From NCBI RefSeq assembly GCF_006345805.1, contig NC_043000.1, positions 48,856,001 to 48,920,000 of the forward strand: 64,000 bases of DNA. Direction: 5' to 3'. A program made the translations under genes and the position numbers. This DNA is from Octopus sinensis (lineage: Eukaryota). The first letter of the stretch is position 1, and each line of letters starts with the position of its first letter. Shown piece after piece: positions 52,241-64,000 of this stretch. The notes beneath the pieces were generated by a model, which made no database searches, had not been told where the DNA came from, and saw only the letters and a program-made list of their open reading frames with translations.

Positions 52241-55200
52241 ATCACCCCCGAGTACAATAAATAACATACTCCTTTTTTAAATATCTAATTTGCTGCATTT
52301 CTGAAATATAGAAGTTTAAACGATGATATAAATAGTAGTATGTAATATGCATTTGAACTAGAGATGAACTTTACTGTTCATTCTTTTCTTCAACAATATT
52401 TGTTTGTTGTAAATAATGTGTCTGCAACTTATAGTTTTAGATGTATTGTTAAGGAACTGAATATAGGTACAGACTATGTGATAAATATACGATGAGCAAA
52501 AGAAACCAATTTTGTGCTTAGTATGGTAAGCGGTTTAATATTTGTTTAAGAATGTTTTTGTTTGAGATTGACCATTTTGAGCAGGAAAGTCTCCAAAGAT
52601 AAGATTAAGATCATACTGCTTTTAATAGGTGTCGTCTTTAGCTTATCAGAAATTTCTAGACATACAGCAAATTTAAACACCTATTTGATTAAATCTTAAT
52701 AGTTTCAACACAACGATCACTTATCCAATTGATCAAATATAATAACATATTGCATATTATCTTATATGGCTTGAAAGAATTCGGATATGATAAAGATATA
52801 TCATAAAATTACGAGTTGGATTTAATGATGATTTTCTTGCTGTTGGTTAAAGGGTTCAATCAAACACCTTTTATTCCTCACATTTTACTTGAAGTATTTC
52901 CTTCATATCAATATGTTACAGAATAGCTTCTGGAGCTTACTTAGGTACTATTTTTAGATGAAAACATTAAATTACGTGTGTCATCTGAAATGAAAATTAG
53001 AATAATTAAAATAATTATAGCGATTAAACTTAAACATCTGAATCTGTAATCGTCGCAAGCGTTTGAGCATATCATGTATTAATAATATTTGTTTGATATA
53101 TTTGAATGTTAATTCTGTTACTTAAATGTTTGATTCACTCAACAAGTAACTACATTTTATCACAATCCCAAACAACATAACAAAATTTATTTCTTTTAAC
53201 TAAATTACTAAATCCATTATGAAATTGTTTTCTGATATTTTTGTTCATATATTTAAACAGAGTGCCAGACATAAAGGACTTTCAATAAGAATTGGTCTTT
53301 TTAGATAATTATTAATGGAAGAATATACAAATTTGAGGACACGTATACTAAATTTTCTGTGGATGATGAGAGGAATGTATTATTAAAATAATAAAAGAGA
53401 GTGAGTGATGAAATTATTGTTTAAGTGATTTACTGGAGAGAAAAGCGGCGATTCTAATATATTTAATTCTATTTATAGGATGTCGATTACAATAGCCACT
53501 TGATCATTTCAGATATAAAGTAGTTGAAAACTCTCACTGCATTAAACCATGATTATGATTCTGTTGAACTAAAAGCAGTTAATTTCTCAATATCAATTAT
53601 TGTTGCAGCATTCTCAAAATTGGGCTTAGATACTGAATAATATCGCTAGTAGTAATTAACCTTCGTGGCAAACTTTTAGTGGTTAGAGCGTAAATAATTA
53701 CAGAATAAAGTTGTAGAATTACATCGGCAGGAAGTATATTATATAAGCAGTTCCCCAATCTACAACCAATCAATCTATACGTTTCTAAAGAAAAATGAAT
53801 CTCTAGTTTTAAATCCTTTATCGACTGAAGTAAAGACCGTACATAGGATCCTGGGAAGTATCGAAAGAATGATCGCTCATTGTGGACACGAGACTATCAT
53901 TAGTCAATACATCACCTAGACAGTTTTATGATAAGACGAATACGATACATCCGGAGAGAAATAAATGAAACAGGAACTTTGCAGCAGGAATGAAACCTGA
54001 AAATGGTATGTAACATTAGTGAGTTGATCTATGGGAATACATTTCTCATAGCAGCCCTTGTGAAATTAGAGAAGGAAGCCATTACGTTTGCGGATTATTG
54101 AAATATATCACCAGGCCTGTTAATAAGGATTACATAGCATGCATTCATTTCGACAGTGCAATATGCCCTGGAACGCAGAAACCATGCACAAACATGCAAA
54201 AAATGGAAATATATTCGACATTAGAGCATTTTATGTGACAGAATAGATATACTTGTGCAGAATATCCAATCCAATAAACATGTCGAACCCAATACCTTGC
54301 ATTGTCCAGAGACGGAGAAGAAAACACAGGATTAAATGAAGATGCATTACATCAGAATTTAGAAATGTCATCTCGTATTAAAATACCTTTTTAATCATTA
54401 CTTATTACCATTTAATTCTAGCATATAGAGAATATCTAAGGATAAATTGGGGAAAGAGAATTATCATAGAAAATACGGTACACTTCAGAACGAAGACATC
54501 CATTTATAATCAAGAATTGTGAGTACCAGTTAAAAACCTGACTTGCTTCGTTTATTATTGATGTTCATTAGACGAGGTAATTAAACTTGAAATATAATTT
54601 TGAATAATATTTCAATCTATAATTTACGAACGCACTTCAATATACAACCGCTTGCATAAGCGTCTTAGAGTTTCTTATGTTAAGAAACTCTTGCTAAGTA
54701 ATTCAAGTTGTTTATTAGTCTATAACGAAGAGAAACTACGAAAGACATTCTCATATTCTCCTAGAATAGAGATTTGTGACTGAGAAATTGAATGTTTTGT
54801 TGCAACTGAAGACGGTGGAGAGGTAAAAGTGGTCAAAGTACATTAAATGCTTCTCAAGCATTAAATTTCGATTCCTAACTTTTTAATTGAAAACCCACAA
54901 GTGGTCGACATATATTTTGACATACAGAAAATAAAGTGAAAATCTGTGACTGTTGGTTATAGTATCTCAATCGATTATACATCCGCTAGAATATAAGAAA
55001 TCGATATTATGTTGAAACCGTTCGAAGTTGTTTAGGGAAAATACACGGAATCCAGTTTAAGGAAAACATTTAGGCCTGTTATTTGATACCGTGCTTAGTA
55101 CGGAGACGGAATGAAAGCAACAAAGAAAGAAAGAAAGAAAGAGAAAAACCTGAATGAATCAAATGGTAGTCGTAAATAATTTGCAAAGGCCTCCACAACT

Positions 55201-55515
55201 TAACTCTGAGCCAAAAAGCACAGACTTTTAAGGAAATAAAGATTGACTCTTTGATATATTATCTAACGTAAAGTGTATGTAATGCAGAATATAGAAATCC
55301 ATAATAGGATGTTAGGAGTTCTAGATATGGAAACCAGTTTTTGTTGTCTTTGTGTAGTAAACAGCATGAATAGTTATTCCAGGAGTAACGGCATCAGCAA
55401 ATCAATTATATAAATATCCCAATGATAATAAAATAGACTGATATAATTATTTGACCTAATAGTTTTTTGGTACGCACACTTTATATATTTCAAAACATAT
55501 ACATATACATGTACT

Positions 55516-55556
<41 letters not shown>

Positions 55557-55914
55557 ATATCTGGTATTTTATCTCAACATATATATAAAAAGTTTAATAC
55601 GAAACTGACGGATTGCTGAATACTTTTTAGTGGGGTATATATTTATTAACTTTTACATGGTAAGGGTTGACTTCAAAGTATTAGATATAACCAAGGCAGT
55701 GTAGATATTAGAACATTTATAGATAGGTCTTACAGCTGTTTCCAGGATATTTATTAATTACATGCCTTCATTGGAGACGGTGTGAGAGGATGGTTAAATA
55801 ATAGTTAATTTAGATAAGATACAAAATACACGGTGACGTGGAGGAAAGAAAATAGATGCAAGATATGTAGGGATATTGAAGTTGTAGATCCATATTTTAG
55901 GCAGAATGTTATAT

Positions 55915-56317
55915 TCTCTTTTACTTGTTTCAGTTATTTGACTGCGGCCATGCTGGAGCATCGCCTTTAATCGAGCAACTCGACCTCGGGACTTATTCTT
56001 TTGTAAGCCCAGTACTTATTCTATCGGTCTCTCTTGCCGAACCGCTAAGCAACGGGGACATAAACACACCAGCATCGGTTGTCAAGCAATGCTAGGGGGA
56101 CAAACACAGATACACAAACACGCACACGCATATATATATATATATATACATATACGACGGGCTTCTTTCAGTTCCGTCTACCAAATCCACTCACAAGGCT
56201 TTGGTAGGCCCGAGGCTATAGTAGAAGACACTTGCCCAATGTGCCACGCAGTGGGACTGAACCCGGAACCATGTAGTTGGTAAACAAGCTACTTACCACA
56301 CAGCCACTCCTTCGCCT
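55915..56317 (-). mobile_element. SINE family B, full-length
   Basis: Colinear reverse complement of 51101-51483 and 5417-5834. Confidence 0.85.
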
Positions 56318-56399
56318 ATATGTAAGATTCGATATTTTATGAGTAAAATCCAACAGATTTTAAGATGGGTTATTCCAAATATATAGCTTATACACAATG

Positions 56400-56700
56400 T
56401 AAGAGAAAAAATTTGACAAGACAGTCAGTTGCCCGCTGACACTCGTTGAGGCTAGATCGAAGTTCCCAGGGAACAGAAGAAAGAAGACCCAACACCAGGG
56501 CTGAAGACACCTCCGAAAGGGTGCGCCCCGCCTCGTCAAAACGGTAGAGGAGTAGGGACCGAAACCGGACGTGGTTCCTTCTGATGATGTCTTGAGCTAA
56601 CTGGATCCTATAAAGGAGCTGTTTTGGGAGCAGACCACGGAACACGGTTGAAATTCCTTCCTTCCAATACCTTATGAGTGAGATCCAGCAGTATTTAAAC
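56400..56700 (-). mobile_element. GC-rich probable LINE remnant
   Basis: Open reading LLPKQLLYRIQLAQDIIRRNHVRF...; family not identified. Confidence 0.3.
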
Positions 56701-56764
56701 TTGGTCATTCCAAGTACAGAATTTATACACAGTGTTGTAGAGTCAAAGGTTTTTATTAAAGTGA

Positions 56765-56848
<84 letters not shown>

Positions 56849-58975
56849 ATAAGTGTGTGTGTGTGTGTGTGTGTGGTGTGTGTGTGTGTGTGTGTACAGA
56901 GACTGTGAGAGATAGGTAGGTAATCGACGCGAGTGGGGAAGCGTAATCCTATGAATTTATGTGTCAGAAATAATCGTAATACGTTTTATTATTCCATATC
57001 TGTTCTAGATATGGAAACCACATTGTTAACAACCTCCAGTTTCCGCATTATTGACAATAACTGCTCTCTTCTTTCTTTTCCAAAAGACGCTATTTTAAAT
57101 AGATTCAACGATTACGTTAATTACCCTAGATTATTTTATTACGGGATAATTTATTAGTGTAAACTATGAGATTTGCAAAGTACATAGATCGGAATTTGAA
57201 CCGGAATATATTGGCTTCCTAACAGGTATAAAATAATTGAATATTCAGAATTCATGTAAGCCATTAAAAGATGGTATACATTACTGCCAACGAAATTAAA
57301 ATATAAACGCTACTTTAATCGTTCATATTTAATGCTAGAAAGAAATATTTGTTTTCATTAATTCATTATGACTATCATTGCTCCCATCACCTTCACATCT
57401 GCTACAACGATGATTGTGTTGCTGATGCTGATAATTAATGTTTCTTTGGCTCCCGGTTGACTGATATTGATCAGAATAAAATCACCAAGGGTTAAAAACT
57501 ATTCGCTTACAGTTGTTCAATAAGATCAGCTTGATAATAAGTACGTAAACCTGATGTAATTTATTGTATTGAATGCGTACATATACAAATAATTAAATTC
57601 TCTATTTTTATTTTCATTTATGTCCATAGCGCTCGCTCCTACTGGAAACTGTTTGAGTTGTTTACCATTACATGAATGGATATAAATATTACCATTAATC
57701 GAAGTCAGTCTATACATTCTCGGTGAGTAGATGTTCTTTAGTTTGATGAATACACACAAAAAAGATACAATTTTCAACTTTATTGCAGCAACTTCTTCAC
57801 ACTAACTTTAAATATAAAGATAAATATCCTTGAATTTTTCCAATCCTAACTCATTATGTCAACATAACTATATGTATATATATATATAACCTCAGACGCA
57901 TATATACAGTTATATGTGCGTATATATATTTTATAGATGCCCTTGTTACTGTATCTTCAAATATTCAAATGCTATTAACTTGTTTTAAATATTACTGTAT
58001 TACTGTTCACTTAACTAATAACAGTCTCCATGTGTTTGATATCCTCGACCATTATGTTTATCCTTTACAGTTATATGATTCTTAATATAGAATGTTATAG
58101 TAATTTAATCATTCGTAATTCTGATATCATAAACATTAGATAAAGTATCTTAAAATAGAATAATTATTTTAGATATTTGATATTTCCATTATCATACAAT
58201 CAACAATGCTTATATCTGTTGAATTAAAGGTACTAATAGGAAATAATTTATAGTTAAAATATATTAAAGAAATTATCATTGGGAAAAAGATTCGATCGTA
58301 TTAGGAAATAATTTGAATTGCATTTATTTTTAATTTCTCATGTACAATTTTCATGGGCTACTTATGTAAAGCTTTGCATGAAATATGAAAAAGTCTGGAA
58401 GATGAGTACATTTTATAAATTTGATGCACTCATGAAATTGCTTATTTATTAACGGGTATTATTTTCTTCGCTGTATTTCAATTACGGGTCATCTTTTCAA
58501 AGCTCGTTCCTTGACCATGATTCCAATTTTGAGTAAAATGTGGATCTGTTTGGCATTTCTCTTGTGTTGACAATTCCCTCTTATCCGGGCCTTGAGGCTG
58601 GTGAAATATCAAAAGCATTGCATTCTAAAGAGTATTAGTGGCGGGTATGAACGCAAGATCACTGGAATTGTGAAGTAGTTATCACGAAGTTTTCTTTCGG
58701 CAGAGAAGAGCAGGTTGTTATCTTCTATTTGTTCGGTGTGGTGACAGAAGTAATGTGTTCTTATATATTTTTACAAGATTACATTTTAGTACGAATATGA
58801 AGAATCCGATTTGACTTTGAGAATATCTGCTATTTGACAGACTAAAGATTTTGCACGACCTACTAGAAATGTCAAGCAAATCACTTTCAATGTTTCGTAA
58901 AAGGAAAGATGCATTGGACAGTTTTGTCTTCGATTTATGAAAAGCATTCTGGTTAGTGCTGAAAGATATTTAATC

Positions 58976-59006
<31 letters not shown>

Positions 59007-62000
59007 TATATGCGCTATAATGACTAATTCCTAGGGATGTAAAAATTCAATTATAATTCAATTATAATTTAACCGTAAATTAATTCTAATGGAACATTGG
59101 GAAAAGTTGTCTGCATGCGTGATGTAGCGCACTAAATTCACTGCTGAATTGCTATTTTTACACGAAGCACTTCCTCACAATTATGTTACAAATTAACTTT
59201 GGATATTACACGACTGTCATAATATTTCTTTTGCTATTTCCCATATATCAATAAAAACTAATCATTGACTATGTATTTTCAATATATTGATATTTTGTTG
59301 CTACCTCTGATTTTATATAATATTGCATTTTCAAACTAGATTACTTGGCTTCGTGGCAATACCTAAGAATATGTTTTCTTTCATGTAGTTTAGTATATGA
59401 AAGTATATAGGATTTATTTTTTAACAATAAATATATGTAACCATGGTAATCAAAGTAAATTAAAGTTACCAAAATAATAGCTTGAAGGAATTGACTGATT
59501 GCAATCAATGACCTTTATAGCTATAAAAGAATAAAATAAGTTATTTTTCATTTTCTTGGAGATTAAGAATTTTTCCTAAATCTATATTTTTGCCTGTGAA
59601 GTTAATACTTATTAAAAGTCTCCCACTAAGTGAGGAAAAGATATAAATTGGAATGAATATATAAGACGAAATATTCAGACATGAAATAGATTACAGATAT
59701 TTCAATACAGCAGTTCATACGAATCATCTTTGTATGTTGGAGATACTGATAATTCCTTCTCATCCCACATTATCCGAGTATGTGGTAGTCTCTTAAAAGT
59801 AATGTACATTTGTGTTAACTATCTTAATAACAGCTGCCTCTCCATTGCAAGCCAATATTACTATTTACGTTGAAATGATTCCATTCTCTCACTCAGTGTA
59901 TATCCGAATCGTGGTGCATATAGCAAATTCCCGTTTTATTTTCAGAAGCAATTTATCTGTCGCCAGTATGTCCTATCAATATACCTTTTGGCTCAGCAAG
60001 CGCATTCTATTAAATATTTTCCAAGAATAGATTATCGCGCTTTGTCAGTTGAAGCAACATATGTATTAAACGATGCACACCGATCTGTTTTGGAAATGTT
60101 ATATAGCTTACTATCAAATTAATCTTTTTTTTCTCTATCCCAGCGGAAGTATTGAGCTTCTATGTTAATGGACTAGCTCTGGGTTTGGATCAAATAATTC
60201 TTTGTTTTCTTCTGTAGCATTTCTGCTCTTTTTATTTTTTTTTTTTCATGGCAAATATCTCCAAAAATAAAGCTGAAATACCGTGTGAAACGACTACGAA
60301 TTCTATTCGGATATTCAGTAGATTTGATAAAGTAACGTATAGTTTTGTCATTTATTATTTTTAACTTACAAGATAGGAAGTAATGGTTGAGACTGGGAAA
60401 TGCTGTGCTGACGGTTTTATTGAAACCTACTGAAATTAATTCCATAACTCAGTCTTCTGGGTTCAAATATCAATTGGATCAATTTAATCGTACATCTGTA
60501 TTGGGAAGATAAGTATATAGACAAAATCGAATATATCCAATCTGTCGTAATAATAATAATAATAATATGGCATCGTACCTAATCTCATGAAATCATTATT
60601 TTAACCTCGTTGGAGAGTTGTGTTCTTATGGCTGATACCTCATACTCATTTAGTTTTCTTCCTGCTCTTAGAGTTCAAATATATTACATTTATCTCAATA
60701 CAGAATTTAACAGCAGCAAAAAGAAAGAGACACGCGAATTGATGATAGATGTTGCTAGAAATGCGGTTCTGGTGGCGGCAAAATTTATGTCTGGTGATTC
60801 TGAATTAATAGTCTATATTTTGTGTTCTGTCTCTCGTGATATTTTTGTATCATGTGAATAGACACCAATCTCACCTCGCAGTCACCTAAATGCTTAGAAA
60901 CACGTTGTATTCATACAGATGAAGGTGGGGCGAGTGCAAAATCTTTGCTGATGGGGAGAAATTTTACATGGCCAATCCCTCCGCTAGAAATAGCAGCAAA
61001 GTTATCTCCGTATCACATCATACACATGTTGAAGAAATATAACGCATTGAATATTGTAGCCTTTCAAACTCGTTGTCAAGCAAAGTCATGTGATATTATA
61101 TGTTGAGAAAAACTAGAATGTTATTTGCTATAAGTTTGTTCAAACGATGGATTGGACCAAAACACCAACAGACTACTTGTCAATGTATTTGACAACTATT
61201 TTGTTCAACATGTGCATTTCGTACCTCCAGGAAGTCTTTTTCTCTTAACAGATTTCAGTTGGTTCAAGCCACATGAGTCGAATTGAATAGACGGAAACTG
61301 TGTGGAAACCTCTGGAATGGATTATATGTTAAATTTTTAAGACAATTCTGCCACAGCATCTTGTTGATTCCAACTGATAATAACATTAATGTCACACGTG
61401 TTTCTTGAATACTCAGCCGCTTACAAGTGAATTCAATATATCTGGCATGTCAGCTGGTTGAACGACTGAACAGTGATGGTGGGAATATCTTTTCAACTAC
61501 AGTTATCAGTTCCAAAACTTAACTGTTGGCTAATACTGCTACTATATAAACCTGAAGATTACTGAAAGCCTGAAAGTTCTTAATACAAAAGTAAAGCGAA
61601 AAGCTTAGAGTGAATTTGAAATTTGATTGACTGAGAGGTATATACGTTCCTCCATACCTTTGCCCCAGAGGAAAAGTGGCTGCAAAGACGACAAGAACAA
61701 AATCCTCCGAGCCGTACTTATATTCAGCTTAGTAGACTGCAGATAATGAAAATGAAGAGCGTTGCTCAAGAATTGAAGACTCAACAAGGTTCAAAAATTG
61801 AAATTGACCCCGCGATTTTATAACAATAAGCTCACTATCCTCAATTATGCACAATGTTATGCATTTGTAATGTTATATATCAATATATATGCATACACAA
61901 ACACACACACACACACACACACATACACACACATACACACATATAAATGTATGAATATGCACATACGGATATCTACATGAGCACAAAAACACATACGAGT

Positions 62001-62139
62001 ATATATATATGTGTGCGCGTGTGTGTGTTTGTGTATATATATATATATATGTATAAGGGTGGAAAGGAACACACGAGTTGATATATATGAAAAAACAAGT
62101 AAAAATAGAAAATGCTAAAATAATTTTATAGTGAACATT

Positions 62140-62176
62140 CAGTACCGGTTTCGGTCATTTGAGACCTTTTCAACTG
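62140..62176 (-). ncRNA. Minimal type I hammerhead, U3-A8 variant
   Basis: CAG-UUGAAAA-GGUC(UCAAAU)GACC-GAAA-CCGG-UA-CUG. Confidence 0.7.
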
Positions 62177-62565
62177 TAACGATTAATAATTAAATTTTCT
62201 TCTTCTTCTTCTTCTTCTCCACCCCTACCCCTTAAGTCGTCACTAATGTTTTTTAGTATAACACCTACGCTAATTCTATAAAGAAGCCTGTCAATATAAA
62301 TATTCTCCTGAATTGAACTGAGACTGCCAGCCGCCACTGACCATTCAAAATACGACCATCAGGGCACTCCCAGATTCTCCCACCCCCTTTCCTCACCAGC
62401 CTCTCTCTACTACCCTACCAAGAGCTCACAACTACCTCGAACACACAAGTGCAAACAAGGGAGTCAGAGAAAGGCAGAATGCCACTTAAATCTGAACACT
62501 ACTATAGAAATATTCTTTTAAAAAAACTTTTCTTCTAATTTTTCTAATTTAATTATTTAATCGTA

Positions 62566-62603
62566 CAGTTGAAAAGGTCTCAAAATGACCGAAACCGGTA
62601 CTG
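62566..62603 (+). ncRNA. Minimal type I hammerhead, U3-A8 variant
   Basis: CAG-UUGAAAA-GGUC(UCAAAAU)GACC-GAAA-CCGG-UA-CUG, with palindromic ACCGGU stem III. Confidence 0.7.
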
Positions 62604-62652
62604 AAATGTTCACTATAAAATTATTTTAGCATTTTCTATTGTTTACTTGTTT

Positions 62653-62706
<54 letters not shown>

Positions 62707-63324
62707 ATGTGTGTGTGTTTATGTGTATGCATGCATATATATGTACTTATATATATATATATATACATACATGCATACATACATACATACATACATACAT
62801 ACATAAAGACAAAGGGGGAGAAAGAGCAGTTAAAGCAAAGTTCATGCGACCGATTAGAAAACGTGTTTGAATGTGGATGAACAAGTCTGTTTCTTCTTCC
62901 TCTTTCATTTATATATATATATATATATATATCTTAAATAGCGCGTACCTACATCTAACTAAATCTTTTAAATGCATCATATGTAGACATACGTATGCGT
63001 TTATCATACATCAATATAAAAAAATTGTATAAGTACTGCATGTGTGGGGTATTGTAATACGATTTTACCGTACTTGAGATTAAAGTTTGCAACCATTTAA
63101 ATTCTAGACAATTCAATAGTTTTTCTCACTTAGACATTTCTGCTGGTTTTTTACTAAATATCTGAAGACAAATATTGATTCATAAATTGATTTCATTATA
63201 GCTAGACGCCACTATATTTGCTGTTATTTTCAATTATTGCTAATGATTTGTTTGGAATATACTGATACTGTTGCTTTCCATACCATTACGTTCATCTTCA
63301 TCTTTCTTCTTTCTTTACGTTTTG

Positions 63325-63450
63325 CGTTCAAATTCCGCTGGGGTCGACTTTGACTTTATTCCTTTCATGATTGATAAAATAAGTACCAGTTGACCTCTGA
63401 GGACGCCATAATCTACCTACCTCCCTATCCTTAAAATTCTAAATTTGAAA
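63325..63450 (+). mobile_element. Partial SINE family A copy
   Basis: GTTCAAATTCCGCTGGGGTCGACTTTGACTTTATTCCTTTCATGATTGATAAAATAAGTACCAG. Confidence 0.6.
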
Positions 63451-63699
63451 GCCATTCTTCTTCATATATTTTCTTCTTCTTTACTCAAGTCTTTTTTGAG
63501 ATCCTTGAGAGTTTCATGTGTATCGTGCCTGCTACCTGCAGCCTACTGTACCATGCTATCTTTTCTCTTCACCTGTATCATACTTTCCTGATGGTTCTGG
63601 CCGTGTCAAGCAGACAAACCATTTGTAACATCTCTACTGGGCACTCTATACCGATTACCTTTACAGTCCTCTCGATGCATTATGACACTGTCTCAATGA

Positions 63700-64000
63700 C
63701 CCGACAATAACTGACACTATCTTCACCTTCGTCGTTGTCGACGCCTACTGCAACTGGCAGTTTAACGGGAGAATTCCTAGTACTGTTAGCATAGATGTGG
63801 TGACACTGCGGTGGAAGGACACCGACAATGGGTACGTACTAGGGAATTTTCGGCTCATAACTCTGCTAAACACAGAGTTTCAAATTTTGGCCAAGGTGTT
63901 AGCGAAAAAGTCGGCGCTTGTCGTCGAAAGGCTGGTCGGAGAAGCGCAAACGTGAGCAATCCCGATCTGGTCTATCCACGACATTCTTCACCTTCTACGA
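63700..64000 (+). mobile_element. L1/Tx1-type LINE reverse transcriptase N-terminal fragment (runs off the window end)
   Basis: LGNFRLITLLNTEFQILAKVLAKKSALVVERLVGEAQT*AIPIWSIHDILHLL, with an in-frame stop. Confidence 0.85.

Larger units (their letters stand above)
62089..62656. mobile_element. Foldback element with ~105-bp inverted arms, each carrying a minimal hammerhead; probably Penelope-derived
   Basis: Arms 62089-62195 and 62548-62656 are reverse complements. The interior has a GIY-YIG-tail-like remnant, CQPPLTIQNTTIRALP. Confidence 0.8.

Overview
AT-rich, microsatellite-dense eukaryotic DNA. The SINE families and (TA)n/(AAT)n load look like a coleoid cephalopod, most likely Octopus (inference). 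I can support no host protein-coding gene, so the window reads as intron or intergenic DNA. It is filled with transposon remnants: Helitron, Tc1/mariner (DD34D, DD34E, DD41D), Penelope-like elements, RLE-, RTE- and L1/Tx1-type LINEs, tRNA-derived SINEs and foldback MITEs. Most ORF-track entries are translations of (TA)n/(CA)n repeats. The main signal is RNA structure: about 12 hammerhead-ribozyme (HHR) motifs from several unrelated repeat families, all folded by eye and none tested. The best is a ~480-bp tandem repeat at 16551-17774. It carries three identical, fully canonical type I hammerheads, two on the minus strand and one in an inverted copy on the plus strand, an architecture like non-LTR retrozymes or HHR satellite DNA. 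Other motifs include a foldback element with two U3-A8 minimal HHRs, an HHR with a long stem II insertion, and a pair with a 6-nt core.
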